A DNA stretch of 64,000 bases from Blastocladiella emersonii ATCC 22665 (taxonomy: Eukaryota; Fungi; Blastocladiomycota), in contig JANHCV010000011.1 in NCBI GenBank assembly GCA_025594325.1, forward strand, positions 558,001 through 622,000, written 5' to 3'. Below the pieces are notes generated by a model that searched no databases, was not told the DNA's origin, and worked only from the letters and a program-made list of their open reading frames with translations. The translations under genes and the position numbers were made by a program. The first letter of the stretch is position 1; each line of letters starts with the position of its first letter. Of the stretch, positions 21,739 through 32,086 are shown piece by piece.

Positions 21739-24576
21739 ATGTACACTCGCCTTTCCGCGCTGCGCTCGGCGCGCGCGGCCAACCCGCTGCGGCGCTGCGG
21801 GTTCGCGACGACGCCCGCGGCCGAGGCGCCGACGGTCGGGATCCGGCGCGAGACCAAGCACAAGTGGGAGCGGCGCACGCCGGTGCTGCCCGAGCACGTC
21901 AGCGCGCTGGTCAAGGACGGGATCCGGGTCGTGGTGCAGCCGTCGACGATCCGCGTGGTCGGCGACGAGCGGTACCGCGCGGCGGGCGCCGAGATCGCCG
22001 AGGACCTGTCGTCGGCCGACGTGATTGTCGGCATCAAGGAGGTGGAGCCCGCGGCGCTGCTCAAGGACAAGGCGTACCTCTACTTCTCGCACACCCACAA
22101 GGCCCAGCCCTACAACATGCCCATGCTGCAGGACGTGCTCGACAAGAAGATCCGCCTGCTCGACTACGAGCTCATCACCGACGACCACGGCCGCCGCCAG
22201 GTCATGTTCGGCACCTTTGCCGGCTACGCGGGCATGCTCGACGGCCTGCACGCCATGGGCCTGCGCATGCTCGCCATGGGCTTCGGCACCCCGTTCCTCA
22301 ACGTCGGCATGGCCCACACCTACCCGACCCTCAACCACGCCAAGAACACGCTGCGCGACCTCGGCAAGGTGATCGCCGCCGACGGCCTGCCGCGCGCCTT
22401 TGGCCCCGTCGTCGTCACCTTCACGGGCACGGGTAACGTGTCGCTCGGCGCCCAGGAGGTGTTCAAGTGCCTGCCGCACGAGTTCATCAAGCCCGCCGAC
22501 CTGCAGAAGCTCGTCGACAGCGGCAACTGGGACTCGCGCAAGATCTACGCCACGGTCGTTGACGTTGCCGACCACGTCGTGCGCCGCGACGGCAAGTCGG
22601 GCAAGTTCGACTTCGCGCACTACCTCGCCAACCCGGCCGAGTACACGTCCGAGTTTGCCACCAAGATCGCGCCGTACACGACGCTGCTGGTGACGGGCCA
22701 CTACTGGGACACGCAGTTCCCGCGCCTCATCACGACGGCGCAGGCCAAGCAGGGCTTCCGCGAGTGGCAGAAGAAGCACCGCATGATCACCATCGCCGAC
22801 GTGTCGTGCGACATTGGCGGCGCCCTCGAGTTCATGTCGCACGCCGCCAAGATCGACGACCCCTGGTTCATGTACAACCCGGCCACGGGCAAGGAGCACA
22901 AGGACATTGGCGGCGAGGGCATCCAGATCATGTCCGTCGACATCCTCCCCGCCGAGCTCCCGCTCGAGTCGTCGCAGTACTTTGGCGACAAGCTGCTGCC
23001 GTACCTCAAGGACCTCGCCAAGGGCAAGTTCGACGCCCCCGTCCTCGCCCGCGCTACCATCGCCGCCGACGGCAAGCTCCTGCCGCGCCACGCGTGGCTG
23101 AACGAGAAGCTGCCCAAGAGCACGTCGGTCAAGTCCGCCGGTGCTCCCGCTGCCGCTGGCCGCCAGCGCGTTGTGGTCCTCGGCTCCGGCTTCGTCGCCG
23201 GCCCGCTCGTCGACTACCTGCTGCGCCGCCCGAACGTCGACATCACGCTGGCGTCCAACAACCTGGCCGAGGCGCAGCGCCTGGCGTCGACGCGCGACGC
23301 GTCGCGCATCCGCATCGAGGAGGTGGAGGTGCACCCGACGCAGATGAACGCCAAGCTCGCGGGCGTGCTCAAGACGGGCGACGTGGTCGTGTCGCTGGTC
23401 CCGGCGTCGCTGCACATCCCCGTGGCGCAGTCGTGCATTGACCAGAAGATCCACCTCGTCACGGCGTCGTACATTTCGCCCGCGATGCAGCAGCTCGACG
23501 CGGCGGCGCAGAAGGCCGGCGTCACCATCATGAACGAGGTCGGGCTCGACCCCGGAATCGACCACCTCACGGCCAAGCAGTTCATTGACGAGGTGCACGC
23601 GCACGGCGGGCAGCTCGAGGGCTTTGTCTCGTGGTGCGGCGGTCTCCCGGCCCCCGAGGACTCGGGCAACCCGCTCGGGTACAAGTTCTCGTGGTCGCCG
23701 CGCGGCGTGCTGCTGGCGGCCATGAACGCGGCCGTGTACCGCAAGGACGGCAAGGAGGTGCACGTGCCGTCGGAGAAGCTGCTGCAGTCGGCGCAGAAGG
23801 TCAACATGTACAAGGGGTTCGCGCTCGAGGGCCTGCCCAACCGCGACTCGCTCGCCTACATTGACCAGTACCAGCTCGACCGCAAGGTCCTGCAGACCAT
23901 GTTCCGCGGCACGCTCCGCTACGAGGGCTACTCGCGCCTCGTCCACCACATGCGCACTCTCGGCCTCCTCGGCACGTCGGCGCTCCCCGGCCTCGACCGC
24001 GCCGCCGCCGCGGCGACGTCGTGGCCCGCGCTCCTCGCCTCGCTGCTCGGGACCAAGGCCCACGACGCGGCCACGCTCGAGACGGCGATCCGCGCGCGCC
24101 TGACGGCCGCTGGCGCGCCCGCGGCCGAGATCGCCGAGACGGTGGCGGCGCTGTCGTGGATGGGCATGTTCGACGCATCGGCGTCGGCGTTCCCCGCGGG
24201 CTCCGTGGCGGGCACCGCGGCGCACCCGGTGGCGCTCGACGCGACGTGCGCGCAGCTGCAGGCCAAGCTCGTGTACGGCGAGGGCGAGCGCGACATGGTG
24301 GCGATGCACCACGAGTTCACGATCCGCACGCGCGCGGGCAAGCGCGCGCACCACACGGCGACCATGGTGGCCTACGGCGACCCGCTGCCCACGGGGTACA
24401 CGGCCATGGCCAAGACGGTCGGCCTGCCCGCGGCCATCGCCGCCGAGATGCTCCTCGAGGGCAAGATCGCGGCGCACGGCGTCCTCGCGCCCATGGCCCG
24501 CGACGTGTACGAGCCCATGCTCGGCGTCCTCCACAAGGAGGGGATCAAGTTTGTCGAGAAGTCGACGGACCTGTAA
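21739..24576 (+). CDS. AASS: Bifunctional lysine-ketoglutarate reductase/saccharopine dehydrogenase (alpha-aminoadipic semialdehyde synthase), with a mitochondrial-type presequence
   Basis: LKR half: GIRRETKHKWERRTPVLPEHV, FSHTHKAQPYNM, IADVSCDIGG. SDH half: VVVLGSGFVAGP, VTASYISP, NEVGLDPGIDH, GYKFSWSPRGVL, RGTLRYEG, AMAKTVGLPAAI. Single intronless ORF. Confidence 0.95.
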   Translation: MYTRLSALRSARAANPLRRCGFATTPAAEAPTVGIRRETKHKWERRTPVLPEHVSALVKDGIRVVVQPSTIRVVGDERYRAAGAEIAEDLSSADVIVGIKEVEPAALLKDKAYLYFSHTHKAQPYNMPMLQDVLDKKIRLLDYELITDDHGRRQVMFGTFAGYAGMLDGLHAMGLRMLAMGFGTPFLNVGMAHTYPTLNHAKNTLRDLGKVIAADGLPRAFGPVVVTFTGTGNVSLGAQEVFKCLPHEFIKPADLQKLVDSGNWDSRKIYATVVDVADHVVRRDGKSGKFDFAHYLANPAEYTSEFATKIAPYTTLLVTGHYWDTQFPRLITTAQAKQGFREWQKKHRMITIADVSCDIGGALEFMSHAAKIDDPWFMYNPATGKEHKDIGGEGIQIMSVDILPAELPLESSQYFGDKLLPYLKDLAKGKFDAPVLARATIAADGKLLPRHAWLNEKLPKSTSVKSAGAPAAAGRQRVVVLGSGFVAGPLVDYLLRRPNVDITLASNNLAEAQRLASTRDASRIRIEEVEVHPTQMNAKLAGVLKTGDVVVSLVPASLHIPVAQSCIDQKIHLVTASYISPAMQQLDAAAQKAGVTIMNEVGLDPGIDHLTAKQFIDEVHAHGGQLEGFVSWCGGLPAPEDSGNPLGYKFSWSPRGVLLAAMNAAVYRKDGKEVHVPSEKLLQSAQKVNMYKGFALEGLPNRDSLAYIDQYQLDRKVLQTMFRGTLRYEGYSRLVHHMRTLGLLGTSALPGLDRAAAAATSWPALLASLLGTKAHDAATLETAIRARLTAAGAPAAEIAETVAALSWMGMFDASASAFPAGSVAGTAAHPVALDATCAQLQAKLVYGEGERDMVAMHHEFTIRTRAGKRAHHTATMVAYGDPLPTGYTAMAKTVGLPAAIAAEMLLEGKIAAHGVLAPMARDVYEPMLGVLHKEGIKFVEKSTDL

Positions 24577-24775
24577 GTGTGGTTGTTGGTGACAAACGAA
24601 TGCAAAAGAGCTTAGTTTCCTCTCTCCTGTTGTGTTGCGTCGGCGCGTCCCACGGGGGCGAGGTGAAAGTGGCGCGACGCGAATTCGTGCTCTGACTCCT
24701 CACGCCCGCCGGCGCGTCTTCTCTCTCTCTCTCCTCTCTCTCCCCCTCAAGATAGACTTTTCCACCACGAATGCC

Positions 24776-26397
24776 ATGCATCGAGACCACCCCCACCTGC
24801 CGCCTTCGCGCAGCCCGTTCCTCGCGCGCCGCGGGTTCGCGATCGAGCGGCAACGCCCGCGCGGGCTGCTGCTGTCCCGATCGACGTCCCTCAACGCCGC
24901 ACCGACCGCTACCCGGATCGCGCGGCCCGAATCGTTTGGATTGTTCCACGCCGCTGCTGCGGAAGATGCCGGTGGCCTGTCGTTTGATGACGACAGCGAC
25001 GCGGACGAGGACATGGTGAACTCGGTTGTCCGCACGCCGATCCGTCCGCCGCAGCCGTCAGCCCCGGCGTCAGCATTCAGGGCGCCGGCCCTGGCGGTCG
25101 CGCGGACGGCACCGAGCGCAGCACCGTGTCGATCAGTCAGGGCTATGCTCGGCGCAGCGGTGGCGTCCTCTATGGCTGTGTTGCGGCCGAGAGATCGAGC
25201 GACGAGCACACTGCGTCGGCGGCCGAGTTGCGAGCGCGAGTACCGCAGCAGCGACGACGACCGGTCCGTGGCCCCGAAGGTCCCCGTCAAGAAGGCGCCC
25301 GCTGCTGCTTCAGCGCGGCGGGTACGCGTCGGCGTCGCTGTGGGTACGCTCACACACGTCAAGGCACTCGCGAGCGCTCGAAGCTCACCCTACGCTGTGT
25401 AGTCGCCCTCCTCACTCTACTCCTCGCCGTCTCGATCGCCCGCATGTCCAGCAACTGCACGCTACACCTGTTGGGCCTGACGATCCCGACCCCGCCGCCG
25501 CCCCCGCCACCACGACCTGCGCCGGCACCCGTCGTTCCTCGCGGGATCCACGCGCGGGCACGCTCCCTGTGCCACGCTGCGTTCCCGTCCATCTTCCCGC
25601 CCGCAGCCATCGAGATCGACCCCGCTCCGCCACCTGCCGCTCCCGTACTCGCCCCGCCGCTCGTCGGCATGACCTGCCGCGCGCCGCGCCCCCCGCCGCC
25701 TCCACCCGCGCGCGCCCCGCTCGCGCCGTGGCTCGCCGCGACGCCGGTATGGCTCGACGCCATCGCCCCGCTCCTCGCCGGATTCCCGCCCACCACCATC
25801 GACCCGGCCGCCGCTGCAGGCGCGCTGTGCTCCGCACACCGCCAGTCGCTCCTCCCATCCACCCAACCCGCGTGCGCGGCGCTCGAATCCGCCGGCCGCG
25901 CCGCGACGCGATTCCCGCGGTTCCTGCGCGCAGCCGTCGCGCGGGTCCACGGCGAAGCCGCGTCGCTCGCGCGGCGCGACGCGCGGCCCGAGCCCGCGCA
26001 CGTCGTGCATGCCGCGCGCGTGCTACGGGACGCGCACGCGGACGTTCTCGGGAGGGCGCGCGGGGTACGGGACGTGGTCGCGGCGCAGGTCAAGCTGCTG
26101 CGCGGCGAGTTCACGGTCAGCGGACCGCCGGTCCTCGCGCGCGTCGTGCCGCTGGCCGAGGCGGCGAGGGACGCGTGGGACGCTGTCGTTGCGCGGCTCG
26201 AGGTGGCGGGCGACGAGGTGGGGCCGCTGCTCGACGTGTACGTGAGCGAGGGCGAGATCGAGGTGGCGAGAAGGGTTGAGGATGATCGTGGATGGGACCA
26301 TGGCGGCCGGCGGCGCGAGCTCGCGGTCGCGGCGGTCCTGGAGCGGCTCGCGGGGATGCTTGCGGGGACGGATGTTGAGGAGGTCGTGGAGGAGTGA
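24776..26397 (+). CDS. Uncharacterised single-pass membrane protein with Pro-rich segment; intron 25344-25402
   Basis: Splicing creates a continuous hydrophobic helix RRVRVGVAVVALLTLLLAVSIA, followed by Pro-rich and helical regions. Confidence 0.6.
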
Positions 26398-26437
26398 GTG
26401 ATGGAGGGAGGGGGATATATTCTACTGCTACGAGCAA

Positions 26438-27967
26438 CTAGCGCGTCGCAACGCTGCACTGCTGGTTGACGCGCCATGTCATGATGTCCACGGCGCTGTA
26501 GGCGTGCACGAGCGCTGCGCTCAAAACGAAAAGATGCCAAATTGTGTGAGAATGAAGTATGATGTCGAACTTGCCGGGGAACCAGCGCTCGGGCACCTTG
26601 GCGGCGTAGATGACGGCGCCGCCGATGTAGGTCGCGCCCATGACGAGCCAGCCGTACGCGGCCCACCACGGGATGTCGTCGGGGAACCCGTTGGCGATGA
26701 GGAAGTGCACGATGGGCAGGCCGCTGAGGACGCCGGACCCAATGTAGATGAGGGTACGCCAGACGCGGAACCGGGCCGTCGGCCACACGGGGAACATGGG
26801 TCCGACGATCCCCACAAACGACACGGAGATGAGCGAGGACAGGTAGACGGTGCGCCAGAAGGCGTCGCAGTAGTAGGCGTAGTAGGTGACGATGGTGGCG
26901 GACCCGCAGATCAGGATCGAGATGCCGGCGTAGTCGAGGCACCCGAACCGGATGTAGGCGGTGCGGTTGTTGCAGAAGTGGGTGTGGAACAGCGTCGAGA
27001 ACAGGAAGCACTTGCACGCCGACAGCAGGAACGCGATGAAGACGACGTGGTCCCAGAAGTCGGCGCGCGCCGGCAGCAGGTACTGCGTGCTCGCGACCAT
27101 GCCGGCGAACAGGATCAGGCCCGCGAGGTGGGTCCAGATGTTGCCCGTCTCGTTGTGCACAAAGAACATGGACCGCCACGACTGCGCGTACGTGTACCCG
27201 GACCGGTACCCGGTGTGGATGTTCTCGTTGTCCTGCAGGTAGTGCGGGATCTGCGCGTACCGGTACACGGGCAGCTTGGTCGACGACCACCACGCCGAGA
27301 TCCACGTCGGCGCGCCGCGCGGCGCATCGATGAACGGGTCGTCGAGGAGCAGCTCGCTCGACCCGTCGTCCTTCTTCTTCTTCTTCTGGCTCGCGATCAT
27401 GCCGTCGTCGTGGCGGTGCGGGTGGCCGAGCGTCGCGGACGAGGAGACGAGCGGGACACGGGCCTCGCCGCTCTCGTTGCTCGGCGACTTGTTCAGCGTG
27501 CCCTGCGACTGCGACTGCGACGCGCTCGGGTTGCGCGATCTGGACCGCGGGCGGCCCGAGTGGTGGGTGACGACCGTGTGGGCCTGGTACGGCACGTCGA
27601 GCGAGGCCGAGCTGCCGCGCGACCGCGGCGGCGGCGGCGCACCCGCCAACGACGAGAGCGCGTCGATCGCGTTGGCCGAGACGCTGGACTGCATCGGGCG
27701 CATCCTTGGTGGCAGCGACGAGGAGGTCACGACAGAGGCGGACGCGGAGTGGACCGGGGCGGGCGGCGGCGGCGAGCCGGGCGCAGATGCATGAACCGAG
27801 GACGACGAGGTCTGCGAGGAAGCCGTGACGTTACGTCGCCGGATCGGATCCGTCGTCGCGGTCGTGGTTGATGATGGTGCCGCCGGCGCAGGAGCAGCAG
27901 GAGAAGCAGCAGAAGGCGAGGCGCGACCGCCGGCCGCGTCGTCGGAAGGTGTAGGTGTCGATGTCAT
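26438..27967 (-). CDS. PAQR/adiponectin-receptor-like (IZH, haemolysin-III family) membrane protein
   Basis: PHYLQDNENIHTGYR, HNETGNIWTHL, STLFHTHFC, LDYAGISILI and VPERWFPGKFDIILHSHTIWHLFV are PAQR signatures. Confidence 0.95.
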   Translation of the reverse strand: MTSTPTPSDDAAGGRASPSAASPAAPAPAAPSSTTTATTDPIRRRNVTASSQTSSSSVHASAPGSPPPPAPVHSASASVVTSSSLPPRMRPMQSSVSANAIDALSSLAGAPPPPRSRGSSASLDVPYQAHTVVTHHSGRPRSRSRNPSASQSQSQGTLNKSPSNESGEARVPLVSSSATLGHPHRHDDGMIASQKKKKKDDGSSELLLDDPFIDAPRGAPTWISAWWSSTKLPVYRYAQIPHYLQDNENIHTGYRSGYTYAQSWRSMFFVHNETGNIWTHLAGLILFAGMVASTQYLLPARADFWDHVVFIAFLLSACKCFLFSTLFHTHFCNNRTAYIRFGCLDYAGISILICGSATIVTYYAYYCDAFWRTVYLSSLISVSFVGIVGPMFPVWPTARFRVWRTLIYIGSGVLSGLPIVHFLIANGFPDDIPWWAAYGWLVMGATYIGGAVIYAAKVPERWFPGKFDIILHSHTIWHLFVLSAALVHAYSAVDIMTWRVNQQCSVATR

Positions 27968-28761
27968 GGTGTCGCGGTCTGTCGTGTGATCCGTGATAGA
28001 GTGGATAGAGTGCGGCAGGAGGAAGGGCTTGGCAAGGCCACGCTGACGGGGAAGTGCGGAGGGGGGAGGTTCCGGCGGGCGAGTCGCGCGGGGACCGCTG
28101 CCGTCAAGAGGCTCGAGAATAGGCGCCGGCAACGGCGATGGGGTCCTTCGTTGGGGCGGGTGAGCCGGGACACCCAATCGCACTCGGTGCAGGTGGAAGA
28201 AACGTTGTCGTCGCCGTCGCGTTGAGAGAGGGAGAGAGGGGGAGGGCGAGGCCGGCGCGCTCGCCTCGCCTCGCCGCGGGCGTGTTGACCACCACCGTCA
28301 CCGACGCCGTGGTCGCGCTGAGATGGTCGCGCCGTGGCATCACCGACGCCCGACGCCGTCCACACAACGGCACGGTGATGCAAGGACGGGTCGAGTGCCT
28401 CGCGGCGGAGACGGGCGGTCCGACGGCGCGGAGTCGCTGGTGGCGAAGGCGAGGGCGCCCCATGCTTGCGATGTGGCGTGGCGCGTCGTTTGGGAGGGCC
28501 CCACTTTGCCCGCTGCTGGCATCATGGCCCTCTCGCTGACGTGGCAGACCATGGATCTCATCTGCATTAGACTTGCTGCAGTATGGTCGGATCACTCGCG
28601 GTCGTGGACGGCACTTGAGACACGCTCTCGCGGATCATGGCGACCTGATCCCCTCTTGGTCGGTCAACTCGGCCGATTCAAGGGACCTGAGCTCGTTCTC
28701 TGTCGCGCAAGAGAGGTCATTTGTGAGCAATGTGCACTTGGATTCACTCTCAATCAACCCC

Positions 28762-31498
28762 TTACACCACCACGACGCCAGCCGCCTTGCGCGCCGCCGC
28801 CTCCATCTCGACGCGCACGTCGCGCGGGCGGCTGGCCTCGATGATCTCGACAAACTCGGCGGGCGCGGGGACCCCGCCGCGCTCGGCGAACGCCGTCTTG
28901 TACGACTGGATCACCTCGCGCGCCATCACGTCGACGCCGTCGGGCAGCGTGGCCTTGGCGCCCTTGAGCCGGCCACCCTGGCGCGCCGCGTAGTACGCGA
29001 CCAGCTCGGCCGTGCTCTTCGGGTACGCGCCGTACGTGTCCACGTACTCGAGAAACATGTTGTACGCCGACAGCTGCTCGGCGACGGGCGCGCCGTTGAC
29101 GCGCGCCGCGCGGTCGGTCCAGTGCTCACCAGCCGCCGCGTCGGTGAAGTCGACGGTCCACGGACGCAGCGTCGCCGCGCACACCGGCGTCGGGCCGCCC
29201 GTCTCGGCCACGGGGACCGTGTACCCGTACAGCGTCGCCGCCGTCGGCATGGAGCCCGGGTGGCGCAGCTTGGCGGGGTCGAGGGGAATGCTGCCAATCT
29301 TCTTGCCCGCGTCGACGAGCGAGTACAGCGCCATGACGCGCGGCAGCGGGAGCTGCTTGAGGAGCCACGCCGCGGGCGACGCCGCCACCTGCTCGGGCGT
29401 CGCGGGACCGTCGACGAGGACGACCAGCGGGGCGGGCGTCTCCTTGGACTCAGCCTCGGCCGTAGCCGCCGTGTCCTTGTCGTCGTCGTAGCGGATCATG
29501 TCCTCCTCGTCGTCGGCGTCGTACGGGATCACGAGGTGGTTCTGGAACAGCCGCGCAATGTCGACGTTGAGCCCCGCGAGGTCCTGCTTGCGCGACATGA
29601 GGTGCCCGAACACGCGCAGCACACGGACGCGCTCGTCGAGCTCGTCGCGGCCGACCAACGGGCCGTAGCGGGTGTCGACCTCGCCCGACGGGCGCACCAC
29701 GGGGTACCCGAGCACGTCCTCGACGAGGTGCCGGAGGTGCACGGCGATCGGGAACCACTGGCGCAGCCGCTCCTGGCCAAACTGCTCCGCGCCCGTGGCG
29801 AAGATTTGCGTCGCGCCCGTCAGCGAGTACCACAGCGCCGCGGCCACGGGCGCCTTGAGCATCGGGTACCCGGGCAGGCCCGACAGCGCAATGTTGGTCG
29901 CGTACGCCGGGTGCTCGAAGCGGTACACGAGCTGCGCGCGGAACGCCGCCATGAACGCGTCGTTGTCGGCGAGCCGCGGTACGTGCGCGCGGATCGCGAG
30001 GTACACGGTGGCGAGCCACAGGTGCGCGTTGCCGAGCTGCACGCCGCGCGTCGCGAGCTGCCGCACGACCCACGTCCCGAGCTCGACGTGCTGCGCCGCC
30101 TTGCCGAGCGGGATGCACCCGACCAGCGGGCGCCGCGTGAACGGCGACCGCACGTCCGACCACTCGTCTGCGCCGTCGGCCATGGCCTGGTCGTACATGC
30201 CCGTGAAGGCCGCGGCACCGATCGCGTGGTCGATGCGGTCCACGAGCCGGTCCACGAGCGACTTGTACTTGAGGAGGTTGAGCGGGCAGTCGGTCACGTC
30301 GTCAATCACCGCCGTGTCGGCGCCCTCGAGCACGCCGAGCGGGCTGCCGTCGCCCGACGCGAGCTCGGCGATGAGCAGCACCGGCGTCGTGTCGTCCTCG
30401 AGCAGGATCGGGCACTCGAACCGCGACTTGCCCGCGCGGGGCGCCGCTACCACGTCAGCGACGGAGTCGACGTCCGGGACCTCGGACTCGGGGACCGTGG
30501 CGAGGGCGGCGCGCGTGGCGCGGTGCGACTGGAGCGTGTCGAGGCGGAACGACCCGACGGTGCACGCCTGGATGAGCTTGGTCGTGTAGTCACCCACCTT
30601 CTTGGCGTCGTCGACCGTCTCGGCGATCCCGTACAGCAGGTCGCGCGTGGCGGCCACGGCGGCGCCAAAGTTGCCCTCGCGCAGCGGGTCGAGGATCGGG
30701 TGCGCGTCCGCGGCCGCGGCGGGGTCGGCGAACTTGCGCGCGAGAACGCGCGCAATCACGTCGAGCAGGCGCTTTTGCAGCTTGACGATCTTGTCGCGCA
30801 GCGCCGGGTTGGCGCGGCCGAGGTTCTGCACGACCACGAGCTGGTGGAGCGACTCGTACAAGTCGAACAGGTCCTGCGGCGTGCGGATGCCCTCGAGGAT
30901 GTCCTCGACGTCGACGTCCGCGCTGCCCTCGGCCAGCACCGCGTCGTTGTGGCGGATCACGAAGTTAGCCGAGCGCGCGAACGGCGCCACCACTGACAGG
31001 TCGACGCGGTAGTCGCCGAACAGGCACGCCTCGACGTCGGGCACGCCGCCGCCGGGCAGCGCCGCGAGCTCGCGGTCGCAGTCCTGGACGCTGCTGTGGT
31101 CGATCTGGCCGTCCGTGATGAGGACCAGCTTGGACACGGTGAACCGGTCCCGGTTGCGCGCAATGTACCGCGCGACGCACGTCGGGTCGGTGCCGCCGCG
31201 CCCGTGCATGATGGAAATGTTGTATGCAAGCTGCTCGTGCGTCGTCTCGACCTCCTACGCGGCGGGGCGCGGGTGTGATGTGAGCGGTGATCAGCCAGAC
31301 ACGGGCAGAACGGCCGCGCACCCCGCGGTCCCACTTGATGACGTGCAGCGCGTCGCCGTGCTGCTTCTTGTAGGCTTCGAACCGCTGCCCGACGCGCGAC
31401 CAGTACCCGTGCTGGTGCGCGGTCGAACCCGAGTCGTCGACGGCGAACAGGACGATCTCCTTGGCGGCGGCGGGTGCAGGGGCGATGGGGACGGGCAT
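28762..31498 (-). CDS. vWA (MIDAS)-domain protein resembling the viral P94 family; exons 31498-31322, 31254-28762
   Basis: The MIDAS elements LFAVDDSGST, HGRGGTDP and LVLITDGQI are seen directly. DLSVVAPF, ECPILLEDD, DCPLNLL, SPFTRRPLVG, LSGLPGYP...ALWY and QERLR recall P94-like proteins (from memory, unverified). A 67-nt canonical intron restores the frame. Confidence 0.7.
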
Positions 31499-31938
31499 GG
31501 TTGCGAGTTGCGATGTGTATGCGCTATGCAATAGGGATGCCGATGCGCGGCTGGTTGTCGGGGAGAGAGAGAAAGGGCGGCGCGCGCGGCACTTGAGGGA
31601 TGCGTGGCCCCGCTGATGAACAGCGCGCAGCACCGTGGGATCGAGGTGGCTCGGAACCGCGTCGCCGCCTCGCGGGACCGCTGTGAGCACGAGGAACTCA
31701 AATATATTTCTTGAGGCTACTAGCCTACTCCACCGTCACCTTGAGTCACGCGAGAATTCGAATGACGAACAGTTCGACTAGGCCGCGGGCCGCGTTGGCA
31801 AGGCGCACGTGTGCGGCGGGCGTGGCGCAGCGCGTCGTCGCCGCGAGCGACGACGTGCGGTGCTCCGTCACCCTCGCACACTCGGCCAGCTGAAGTAGCC
31901 GACCGGACGCACTTCAGTGTCCCTCAGGCCGAGGAGAT

Positions 31939-31983
31939 CGTACTTGTCGCCCTTCTTGACAGCGCGAGTCTCGAGACCAGCGA
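31939..31983 (-). repeat. 45-bp direct copy (42/45 identical) of acyl-CoA dehydrogenase coding segment 32803-32847
   Basis: cgtacttgtcgcccttcttgacagcgcg-a-gtct-c-gag-a-ccagcga versus ...-g-gtct-t-gag-g-ccagcga. It translates as [14 protein letters not shown] versus [14 protein letters not shown]. Confidence 0.9.
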
Positions 31984-32086
31984 TGACTTTGAGGTTCGCA
32001 AGGAGAGAGTGGGGGAGTATATAAGACGGGGCAGAGGCAAGACACATCTGCATCAACACACAACGAACGACCGAGACCACGCCGAC

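Noticed and set aside
21625-24534. 969-aa minus-strand ORF
   Set aside because: Antisense shadow of AASS.
28573-30996. 807-aa plus-strand ORF
   Set aside because: Antisense shadow of the P94-like gene. High GC3 suppresses stops on the opposite strand, and the product is low-complexity R/G/V/A with no motifs.
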